Origin: an uncultured delta proteobacterium
GTDB taxonomy: Bacteria; Desulfobacterota; Desulfobacteria; Desulfobacterales; JAHEIW01
Length of the DNA: 23,411 nucleotides
Reading direction: 5' to 3'
NCBI GenBank assembly: GCA_963706575.1
Contig: CAVPNL010000023.1
Span: 1-23,411 of the forward strand
Every line of letters begins with the position of its first letter. Positions within the stretch are counted from its first letter, which is position 1. This document shows, in pieces, positions 7,745-15,757 of this stretch. A model generated the notes under the pieces. That model was not told the DNA's origin. It searched no databases and saw only the letters and a program-made list of their open reading frames with translations. Position numbers and translations under genes: made by a program.

Positions 7745-9010
7745 ATGATGGATTTTCCGCACATGATGCGTATCAGACAAAGGTTTGATGATAGCGCTCT
7801 AGACGATATCCCCGGGGAAATTGCCAGGCAACTGGCGAACTTAAAGCTGGAATCTTCTGTTAAAAAAGGGCAGACGGTTGCGGTAGCCTGCAGCAGTCGC
7901 GGGCTAGCCAATTATGCTGTTATCGTCAAGGCCGTCGTCTCTTTTCTCAAACAATTAAAATTGGAACCCTTTCTCATTCCGGCAATGGGAAGCCATGGCG
8001 CTGCGACGGCCGCCGGACAAAAGCGTGTACTCGAACATTTGGGAATTGATGAAAAAGAAATCGCTGCGCCGATTCGATCCTCCCTTGAAATCGTGCAGAT
8101 TGGTGAGACCGAGGACCACATCCCGGTCTATCTTGACCGGCTGGCATCTGAAGCAGATTATATCGTTCTGATTAACCGCATTAAGAAGCACACCGAGTTC
8201 GAACACGAATTTGAAAGCGGCTTGCTCAAAATGATGGCCATCGGCCTGGGCAAGCAAGAAGGCGCCGCCACCTATCACGAGGCCATGCTGACCTATGGTT
8301 ACCCCGGCGTCATCCTGGCCGTCGCCCGTAAAGTGATGCAGCATGCGAATCTGTTATTCGGCGTGGGAACTGTGGAAAACGGGTATGGGCAAACCGCCCG
8401 TATCGGTGTCGGGCTGAAAGAAAACATTGAAGAAATGGAAAAAGAATTGCTCACATCCGCCAAAGCCTACGCACCGTCCCTGCCTTTTGACGAAGCCGAC
8501 ATTATCCTGATCGATGAAATGGGAAAAGAAATCAGTGGTACCGGCTTTGACACGAAGGTGGTTGGACGGATTGGCCTGCCGCTGGTGACGCCAGAACCGG
8601 AACGCCCCAGAATAAAACGCATTGTCGTAAGTGATTTAACGGAAAGCTCGGAGGGAAATGCCGTGGGGGTCGGTATCGCCGATATCATTACCCGGCGCCT
8701 GTTCGACAAAATTGACATGGATGCACTCAACATGAACACCATCACCGGTGTTTGCCCGGAAATGGGCAAAATCCCGCTGACCGTCAAAAATGATTATGAG
8801 GCCATTGAAATTGCCATAAAATGTGTCGGTTTGATCCCCAGGGAAAAATTGAAGATCATGCGTATCAAGAACACAGCGCTGTTAAGTGAAGTTGAAATCT
8901 CACAGGCTTACGAAGAGGAAGTCGTAAAGCGCGATGATCTTGAGGTGGTTACCCCCAAAAAAGAGATGGATTTTGATCCTGCCGGTTATCTGAAACCCTT
9001 TCTCGGATGA
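7745..9010 (+). CDS. LarA-like (lactate racemase N-terminal domain / DUF2088-type) putative 2-hydroxy-acid racemase/epimerase
   Basis: SRGLAN, PAMGSHG.AT..GQ, NRIK.HT.F, ESGL.KM..IGLGK..GA, GK.ISG.G.D, GNA.G.G.AD. Start at ATG 7745 or 7748 after a GAAAGG RBS. Confidence 0.75.
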   Translation: MMDFPHMMRIRQRFDDSALDDIPGEIARQLANLKLESSVKKGQTVAVACSSRGLANYAVIVKAVVSFLKQLKLEPFLIPAMGSHGAATAAGQKRVLEHLGIDEKEIAAPIRSSLEIVQIGETEDHIPVYLDRLASEADYIVLINRIKKHTEFEHEFESGLLKMMAIGLGKQEGAATYHEAMLTYGYPGVILAVARKVMQHANLLFGVGTVENGYGQTARIGVGLKENIEEMEKELLTSAKAYAPSLPFDEADIILIDEMGKEISGTGFDTKVVGRIGLPLVTPEPERPRIKRIVVSDLTESSEGNAVGVGIADIITRRLFDKIDMDALNMNTITGVCPEMGKIPLTVKNDYEAIEIAIKCVGLIPREKLKIMRIKNTALLSEVEISQAYEEEVVKRDDLEVVTPKKEMDFDPAGYLKPFLG

Positions 9011-9034
9011 AGTCAACATCATTCCATCGCATAG

Positions 9035-9188
9035 CTGTGTCACAATTCAAAAACACATCTGATTTCTAACCGTCCTGCCGGACTTGATCCGGCATCCAGA
9101 ACTGTAAAACTTTGAAAAATCAATGGATTCCGGGTCAAGCCCGGAATGACAAAAGGCTCATTTATGTCGCTTGCGAAATCCGACACAG
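9035..9188. repeat. REP/MITE-like element: two inverted hairpin units inside short terminal inverted repeats
   Basis: ctgtgtc (9035-9041) ... gacacag (9182-9188) enclose gtcctgccggacttgatccggcatccag (9072-9099) and tggattccgggtcaagcccggaatgac (9124-9150), which are imperfect reverse complements of each other. Confidence 0.75.
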
Positions 9189-9222
9189 TCTGATCACGCC
9201 TAGATCAGACGCAATACCGGGA

Positions 9223-10360
9223 TTAATAGGCCCGATCGAGGCGCAGAATGTCGATCTTCTGGGTTACCGCGCCCCGACCGAACGTGGCATAATAGACGGC
9301 GATCTCGCGCCCCGTGGGACTCCAGGCGTAATCCGAAGTAAGAACGCGCTCGCGGTTTGCTGAGTTGTTTGTTGAAATCGGTAAGTCGGAAAATATTCCC
9401 CGTCCGCGTCTCGCGGGCCCACAACTCCAATCGCAGCGTTTTTGCCGTATCCGGCGGGTTTTTCCAATCGAAGCTGCGGCTTGAATTGAACGCTACAAAA
9501 GAACCCTTTGGCGAGGGCTCTCCGTGTTCCTCCCAGGTGGCGGGTGATTTTGTAATGTTGACACGCTGGGTTCCATCCCAACGAGCCCGGTAGATATCAT
9601 CGACTAGAGGGCGCCCGCTTTTGGTGTGGGAAAACCAAATCACATCTGACTTGAGCGCATGAGATTCGAAAAAGCCGCCTTCCCCGCGGTAGAGATCAAT
9701 ACGATTTGTAAGTTTTGCTTTTCCCGAAACGTCGCGTTTGAAGTTCGCAATAGCGAGATGCCAACCGTCCCACGGGTTTTCCTTGCCGGGCGTTTTATGA
9801 AAAAGCCGCTGACGGATCTTTCTACCGGTTGATTTGCGCACGGTCCAAAAGAGGCGGTCCCCGCTATCTGAAAAATGTGGATGCAGGCACGCACCTAAAT
9901 ATTCGGTTTCGATAAGCCGTTGCGCCCATTTCCCGTTTGCAGCGATGAGCCATAAATCGTTGTGGATCCCCCAGGAAACAAACTCAAACCGGCTACCTTT
10001 ATAATATTTCCCTTGTACCTGGATTACCAAAAATTCGCCACTCGGGTGCCAGGCAGGCTGCCCTCGAATTCCTTTCGGCAGGCCCGGTATATTGCAGGTG
10101 ATGCATCGCTCTCCGCTTCCGTCCGGCCGAATTGCAAAGACCTCGCTGCTGTCGGCGCCCGTCATGCGATCAAATGCAATTAGATTGTTTGCAGCACACC
10201 AATCGACGCGGCCGCCGTGCACTGTCAACGCCCGGCGAGAAACCACAATGTTTCCGAGCTCGTCTTCAGCAGCGCTGTTTGTCACAGACCCTTGATTTGA
10301 TAGACACCCGATGACAATGGCGGCAATTAAGCCGAACGCAAAAGGTAACCGCTTCACCAT
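9223..10360 (-). pseudogene. Secreted/lipoprotein TolB-like (PD40/WD40-like) beta-propeller protein, frameshifted near the 3' end
   Basis: Signal peptide with VIGC lipobox-like motif; repeats VDWCA, PAWHPSG, PHFSDSG, EPSPKG. The last repeat (RVLTSDYAWSPTGREIAVYY...IDILRLDRAY*) is in another frame beyond ~9357, with its stop at 9223. May be a sequence error. Confidence 0.7.
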
Positions 10361-10411
10361 TCCGCTCCTCCAAATTCACCGTCCCATGATGTAACCAAAA
10401 GATTCCAACGG

Positions 10412-10840
10412 TTATTTAATAAAATAACCAGAGACTCGCCACTCGCCATCATTATCCAACATCGGGGTGATGGTTTCAATTGCAGGTTTCTTATTTTCGA
10501 ATGATGTCGCAAATTGGATAACCACATACTCTCCATCCGGTGCGCCGGGCAAAGATTGCATGTCGGTTTTTGAACCGAGTTCTCTGGAAACCAGCCCGCC
10601 CAACGGATTCCTCACGGCAGTCAGCATTTGCACCCATTTTTCTTTGGTTATGGCACTTTTGAAATACGCCGCAGCGGTTTCCCAACTATCACCATATTTT
10701 CCTTCATCAACAAGTGCTAACCATGTTCTTGCTGCCTCCAGAGCTTGCTCTTCTTTTTCCGCACTTGCTATTGAACTGGATGAAAAACAAAGCCCCAAAA
10801 TAGCGATTCCAATTATCGTATATATCTTTGCATGCTTCAT
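10412..10840 (-). CDS. DUF4019-domain secreted protein
   Basis: Signal peptide; AARTWLALVD.G.Y..SW, R.PLG, LPGAPDGEYVVIQF.TSF.NK, G.WRVSGYFIK. AAGGAG RBS. Confidence 0.85.
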   Translation of the reverse strand: MKHAKIYTIIGIAILGLCFSSSSIASAEKEEQALEAARTWLALVDEGKYGDSWETAAAYFKSAITKEKWVQMLTAVRNPLGGLVSRELGSKTDMQSLPGAPDGEYVVIQFATSFENKKPAIETITPMLDNDGEWRVSGYFIK

Positions 10841-10866
10841 TGAATCTCCTTTGTTTTACTTTTTGC

Positions 10867-10962
10867 ACATAACGCCAATCTTAACAGCAGAAAGGCAAAA
10901 AAGACTTCTCGCTTGGCATGGCCGTCCCCGGCCCGGCTTTCTGCTATAATGAAAGGTTCGAC
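10867..10962 (-). mobile_element. attC-like imperfect palindrome (possible degenerate integron cassette recombination site)
   Basis: Minus strand GTCGAAC-CTTTC-ATTATAGCAGAAAG ... CTTTCTGCTGTTAAGATTGGC-GTTATGT, 96 bp, between two co-oriented short genes. Confidence 0.4.
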
Positions 10963-11603
10963 TTTCCGTCAAATGCGGTGACCAACTCACCAGGAGTTTT
11001 GAAAAAAGCGTGTGCGCCTGAATTCTCTAACTCATCTTTGGTTCCGTACCCCCAAAGAACGCCAAAACCATATATGCCATTCTCAATCGCACCGATAATA
11101 TCATGCTCGCGATCCCCGATCATCGATGTCTCAGACGGTGCAATCAATTCTCTTTGCAGAATATGGGATATCAGGCTTGTCTTGTCGCTGCGGGTTCCAT
11201 CGAGGTCGCTTCCAAAGATACGTTTGAAATAGTGGTGTAAACCAAAATGGTCGATAATCCGCTCGGCAAAAACGGCTGGTTTCGATGTGGCAACATAGAG
11301 CGTATGGCCATTTTCCTGCAGGACTTCCAGCACTTCAGGAATACCGCCATAGACCTCGTTTTCAAATAATCCAACGGTGCCGAATCTTTCACGATAAAAC
11401 GCGACGGCCTTTTCGATAAGTGCATCGTCACCAGGGGTAAGCAGCTTCGCGAAGCTGTCTTTCAAGGGCGGGCCTATACACCAGCCCAAACTCTCCCTGG
11501 GCGGTAATCTCCTGCCTAACATATCTAACGCATACGAAATGCATTTTGTAATACCTGTAAAAGGGTCAGTCAGTGTGCCATCTAAATCAAATAATAGATT
11601 CAT
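10944..11603 (-). CDS. HAD-superfamily hydrolase (phosphoglycolate phosphatase / 5'-nucleotidase-like)
   Basis: LLFDLDGTLTD, IGPPL, VATSK, K, MIGDREHD, GVLWGYG. Confidence 0.92.
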   Translation of the reverse strand: MNLLFDLDGTLTDPFTGITKCISYALDMLGRRLPPRESLGWCIGPPLKDSFAKLLTPGDDALIEKAVAFYRERFGTVGLFENEVYGGIPEVLEVLQENGHTLYVATSKPAVFAERIIDHFGLHHYFKRIFGSDLDGTRSDKTSLISHILQRELIAPSETSMIGDREHDIIGAIENGIYGFGVLWGYGTKDELENSGAHAFFKTPGELVTAFDGKSNLSL

Positions 11604-11691
11604 TGTCTTTCAGCGGAGTATTCAACAGGGTGAATGTTCTCCGGGAAAAATAATTTTGGGGTGTGGTAACTTCATCTTGCCTGAATTGAGC

Positions 11692-11791
11692 GATTGTCGA
11701 GGTTGCCGCAGATGCAAGGAAAATGTCGTTCCGCTATAGTTCTCTATGCGGGACGGCATTTGACACAGCAGGTGCGGTAAGATCGGCAATC
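11692..11791 (+). other. Long imperfect hairpin (structured RNA or repeat element)
   Basis: Nested stems gattgtcga/tcggcaatc, ttgccgca/tgcggtaa and aaatgtcgttccgc/gcgggacggcattt; all non-Watson-Crick pairs in these stems are G-U on the + strand. Confidence 0.6.
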
Positions 11792-11798
11792 CCGAAGG

Positions 11799-11872
11799 GT
11801 TTTAAATTTTAAAAATGAAAACCGATAGAATTCCTTAAGAATGAAGAATTTTCCCTTTTTAAAATTTAAAAC
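11799..11872. repeat. Perfect 17-bp AT-rich inverted repeat
   Basis: gttttaaattttaaaaa (11799-11815) and tttttaaaatttaaaac (11856-11872). Confidence 0.65.
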
Positions 11873-11886
11873 GCTCAATTTAGGAC

Positions 11887-13467
11887 TTATTTGACTTCAA
11901 CCGACTCGCCATATTTGGGCACCACCACAGAAAAGCCTTCCTCTTTCAAAAACTCGGCAAATGAAAGGATCTGATCTTCTTCGCCGTGGACGAGAGCGAT
12001 TTTTTTTATTTTTAAATTGGACTTCTTAAGAAAACGCAGCATCTCATTTTTGTCGGCATGGGCGCTGAATCCACCCAGTCTGACAACATGCGCTTTCAAG
12101 GGGTACTCTTTGTTTAAGATCCTCACCAGCGGCGCGGCACCTTTACGACCGGATTCTTCATATTTTAGACCCAGGTCAAGAATTCGCCGGCCCAGGGTAT
12201 TCTGGGCCTGGAAGCCGACCATCAGAACCGTATTTTTATCATTGTGAATTTTGTAACGCAGGTGATGCAGGATGCGCCCGGCTTCACACATGCCGGATGC
12301 CGAAAGCACAATGTGCGGTTTGGTTTCGTGGTTGAGTGCGATGGATTCTTCTACCGAACCCACAAAATGGATCTTGTCCATTGAAAACGGATTTTTACCT
12401 TTCTTCAGAAAGGCATTGTGGGTTTCCTCATCATAAACTTCCGGATGTTCCCCAAAAACCTGGGTAATTTTGGTCGCCAGCGGGCTGTCCACATAAATCG
12501 GCACGCGCGGCACCGAGCGGTCATCGTATAGTTCATGCAGCGTGTACAGTAACTCCTGGGTGCGGCCATATGCGAAGGCCGGAATGATAACGGTACCACC
12601 GCGTTCATGGGTTTCAGTGAGCACCTTTTGCAACTGCGGTTTCAAGTCTTGAACCGGCTCATGCAACCGATCTCCATAGGTGCTTTCCATAATCAGCAGA
12701 TCAATCTGCTGGTCTTCTTCACTAAAATCCAGGGTCGGATCCTCGATAATCGGTTTATCAAAGCGACCGATGTCACCGGTATAGCATACCTGTAAATCAC
12801 GGCCATTTTGCCGGGCGCGGATCAGCGCAAAGGCCGATCCGAGAATGTGGCCGGCATCATAAAAGGTACAGGTCAGATCCTTGCCGATGGAAATGGGATG
12901 CCGGTAGGGATATCCGTCAAACAACTCCAGGGCCTTATCCGCATCAGCGATCCGGTACAGCGGATCGACTCTTTCAAGATGATGGGTTTCGATCAGCTCA
13001 TCGATCATATCCGTGTTCAGGTCGTGACGGTTTTTCTTTAAAATTTTTTTTATTTCCTTGCTTTTGCGATTGCTGATTCTCGTGCCGCCCTTGGAGCTGT
13101 GCCGCTTGCTCAAAGCATTGCGGACGGTCTTATAATTCAAATAGTTTGCATCGGATTCCTGAATATGAGCGGAATCGCGTAAAAGGTATTCACTGGCCGC
13201 AGCAGTGGCACGTGTGCAGATAATCCGGCCGCTAAATTCGTGCTTGACCAGCAAGGGTATTCGGCCGGAGTGATCGATATGCGCATGGGAAAGCACAATA
13301 TTTGTAAGCATTCTCGGGTCAAAGGGGATGACTTTGTTTTTTTCGGCAGCTTCTTTACGGCGGCCCTGAAACAATCCAGCGTCCAAGATGACCCGGTCTT
13401 CATCTGTTGCCAAAAGGTGCATGGATCCCGTTACTTCCCTTACCGCGCCATAAAAGGTTACGTACAT
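11887..13467 (-). CDS. Metallo-beta-lactamase / beta-CASP ribonuclease (YSH1/TTHA0252-like)
   Basis: GAVREVTGS, SHAHIDHSG, AGHILGS, GDIG, MESTYG, SASGM..GRI.HH, FSAHAD, VHGE. Start at ATG 13467 after GAGGAG. Confidence 0.92.
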   Translation of the reverse strand: MYVTFYGAVREVTGSMHLLATDEDRVILDAGLFQGRRKEAAEKNKVIPFDPRMLTNIVLSHAHIDHSGRIPLLVKHEFSGRIICTRATAAASEYLLRDSAHIQESDANYLNYKTVRNALSKRHSSKGGTRISNRKSKEIKKILKKNRHDLNTDMIDELIETHHLERVDPLYRIADADKALELFDGYPYRHPISIGKDLTCTFYDAGHILGSAFALIRARQNGRDLQVCYTGDIGRFDKPIIEDPTLDFSEEDQQIDLLIMESTYGDRLHEPVQDLKPQLQKVLTETHERGGTVIIPAFAYGRTQELLYTLHELYDDRSVPRVPIYVDSPLATKITQVFGEHPEVYDEETHNAFLKKGKNPFSMDKIHFVGSVEESIALNHETKPHIVLSASGMCEAGRILHHLRYKIHNDKNTVLMVGFQAQNTLGRRILDLGLKYEESGRKGAAPLVRILNKEYPLKAHVVRLGGFSAHADKNEMLRFLKKSNLKIKKIALVHGEEDQILSFAEFLKEEGFSVVVPKYGESVEVK

Positions 13468-13489
13468 GTTCAACTCCTCTTCTTTCGTA

Positions 13490-13585
13490 GGTTCTGGGTT
13501 CAGAGGTTCAAAGGTTCAGGGTTGCTGGTTGCTCGCTGCCTCAAGATTTTTGCCATTCCGCAATCCGCAATCCGAATTCCGCATT
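13490..13585. repeat. Two short tandem arrays (GGTTCAG-like 7-8-mers; CAATCCG-like heptamers)
   Basis: ggttctg ggttcaga ggttcaaa ggttcag ggttgct ggttgct (13490-13533); cattccg caatccg caatccg aattccg (13554-13581). Confidence 0.75.
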
Positions 13586-13971
13586 TAAATAATTTCGTGC
13601 CCTTCGGCGGTTAAGGCATCGATCGCTTTTGCAAGATCTTTTTCTTTAACCATGAAATAGTCTGTATCAAACGTCGATATGACAAATACCGAAACGCCGT
13701 TTTTGGCCAGCGGTTGGGTTAAGGAGAAAATAATGCCAATTTCAGAAAAGTCTAATAGCCCCTGAACCTTAAAACATCGCCAGCCGGTTTCGCTGGTTGT
13801 TCCCGGGGCAAGGCGGGCCTCCGGGCAAACAAGGGTCAATTCCGCTTCGGTGCGGGTGAGCGAATAGAAGCCGACCTCACCAATCCAGTCCGGAAGCGGT
13901 GCCGTGGGTTCGAAGCGGCAAACGGCCATCCGTTCGGGGAGTATTTTCAGTGAACGCTTTTTGAGCTTCAT
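13585..13971 (-). CDS. Small ACT-domain protein (ACT_7-like)
   Basis: SLTRTEAELTLVC, GWRCFKV.G.LDF...GI, PLA..GVSVFVISTFDTDY..VK. Confidence 0.88.
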   Translation of the reverse strand: MKLKKRSLKILPERMAVCRFEPTAPLPDWIGEVGFYSLTRTEAELTLVCPEARLAPGTTSETGWRCFKVQGLLDFSEIGIIFSLTQPLAKNGVSVFVISTFDTDYFMVKEKDLAKAIDALTAEGHEII

Positions 13972-14020
13972 ATTATATTTCAGTGAATTTGTTAAAGACG
14001 GCGTTCAGTGGGATTGCGAA

Positions 14021-14067
14021 TCTATATATGTTGTATTTGATTAAAAAAAACATACAATATATAGTAA
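14021..14067. promoter_or_regulatory. Tandem NrdR-box-like sites
   Basis: Cores ATATATGTTG (14024-14033) and CAATATATAG (14055-14064) versus consensus CwAyATrTwG; starts are 31 bp apart. Confidence 0.55.
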
Positions 14068-14085
14068 CAAATATCAAAGGCGAAA

Positions 14086-15666
14086 ATGAATATAATGAAA
14101 TCCGCTAGAATAAATATGCTGCTGGGGGCATTAAGCGGCCTGCTGTTGACCGGCGCATTTCCCAAAATCGGGCTGGACTGGCTGGTTTGGTTTGCGCTGG
14201 TACCGCTGCTGGTGGCAATTGCGAATCTTTCTATTAAACAAAGCTTTCGGATCGGTTTTATCGCCGGCCTGGTTCATTATCTGACACTGCTCTACTGGGT
14301 GGTACCCGTCATGCGAACATACGGGTATCTTCCCCTGTACCTGAGTGTTGTGATTCTGTTTCTCTTTGCAGCGGTTCTGGCATTTTTCCCGGCTGTTTTT
14401 TCGATGACCCTTGCCGCGGTCGGCATCACGCCTTTGCGGTGTCTGATCACAATGCCCTTGCTATGGGTGGCGCTGGAATATATTCGAACCTTTATTTTCA
14501 CCGGGTTTCCATGGGCATTGCTGGGGCACTCGCAATATCTGCGGCACCATTTGATTCAAATCGCCGATCTGTTTGGCGCATATGGGGTTTCCTTTTTAAT
14601 TGTCCTGGGTAATACGGCTGTTTTTCTGGTCATCACGTATATCAGCCGAAAAACGTGGCACAGCAGACCCATTTCAAAGCCGCTGGTGCTTGGCGCAACC
14701 GCGCTGTTTGCCATAGGATTCCTTCTCAGCTGGATCTATGGCGCCTGGCGCATTAAGGCAACCGACCATCTGATTGCCGCAGCACCAACTGCGCGGGTTG
14801 CCGTCATCCAGGGCAATATCGATCAGTCGGAAAAATGGGACCCTGTGTTTCAAGGCGCGACCATCAAGACCTACCACCGGTTATCGCTTGCAGCAAAATC
14901 AGAAAATCCCGATCTGATCGTCTGGCCCGAATCCGCCACACCGTTTTTTTTGTTTTACGACAAGCGTCCGACGGAAAATGTGCTGGCCGGTATTGAACAG
15001 GCAAACAAGGATTTTCTCATCGGAAGCCCATCCTTTGTGCGTCAGAATAAAAAGGTCACCTATCACAACAGCGCCTACCTGATTATTCCCGGAACCAAAA
15101 ACATCAGCAAATACGACAAAGCCCACCTGGTCCCTTATGGCGAATATGTGCCCTTTAAACGCTGGCTGCCCTTTTTAGGCAAGCTTGTCGCCCAGGTGGG
15201 TGATTTCCGCCCGGGAACACCCGGCAAGACCCTGCCCTGGAAAGAGTATGCCCTGGGCGTGCAAATCTGTTACGAAATTATTTTTCCCGGTCTTTCCCGG
15301 GCGATGGTAAAAAACGATGCCGTCTTGCTGATCAACATCACCAACGATGCGTGGTTCGGCACCACCAGCGGGCCTTACCAGCATTTTTCCATGGCCATAT
15401 TTCGCGCGGTGGAAAACCGGCGGGCACTCGCGCGGGCAGCCAATACGGGCATCAGCGGCTTCATCGACCCCGTCGGCCGGATTTTAACCTCTACTCCGCT
15501 GCTCGAGGAAGCCGCGGTCACCCGGACGCTGCCGTTGATTCACAAAAAAACATTTTACACCCGTTTCGGGGATCTGATGGCGCTGGCTTGCCTGGCAGGC
15601 ACAATTTTTGTTATACTATTTGAGTTTGGCAAATCCGCGCTTAAATTTCAAAAAAAGCCCCGGTAG
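14086..15666 (+). CDS. lnt: Apolipoprotein N-acyltransferase
   Basis: Hydrophobic N-terminal region, FTGFPW, QGNI, nitrilase-fold triad WPE / YDK.HLVPYGE / ICYE, TNDAWFG, RAVE.RR...RAANTGIS. Confidence 0.96.
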   Translation: MNIMKSARINMLLGALSGLLLTGAFPKIGLDWLVWFALVPLLVAIANLSIKQSFRIGFIAGLVHYLTLLYWVVPVMRTYGYLPLYLSVVILFLFAAVLAFFPAVFSMTLAAVGITPLRCLITMPLLWVALEYIRTFIFTGFPWALLGHSQYLRHHLIQIADLFGAYGVSFLIVLGNTAVFLVITYISRKTWHSRPISKPLVLGATALFAIGFLLSWIYGAWRIKATDHLIAAAPTARVAVIQGNIDQSEKWDPVFQGATIKTYHRLSLAAKSENPDLIVWPESATPFFLFYDKRPTENVLAGIEQANKDFLIGSPSFVRQNKKVTYHNSAYLIIPGTKNISKYDKAHLVPYGEYVPFKRWLPFLGKLVAQVGDFRPGTPGKTLPWKEYALGVQICYEIIFPGLSRAMVKNDAVLLINITNDAWFGTTSGPYQHFSMAIFRAVENRRALARAANTGISGFIDPVGRILTSTPLLEEAAVTRTLPLIHKKTFYTRFGDLMALACLAGTIFVILFEFGKSALKFQKKPR

Positions 15667-15757
15667 ATTTATCCTAAGGGGTTTTGGGGCAGCAACAAAA
15701 GAGATGGGACGCACTCGAGTTTATTGAAATATGCTTTTTTTGAAGGAGGTAAATAAA

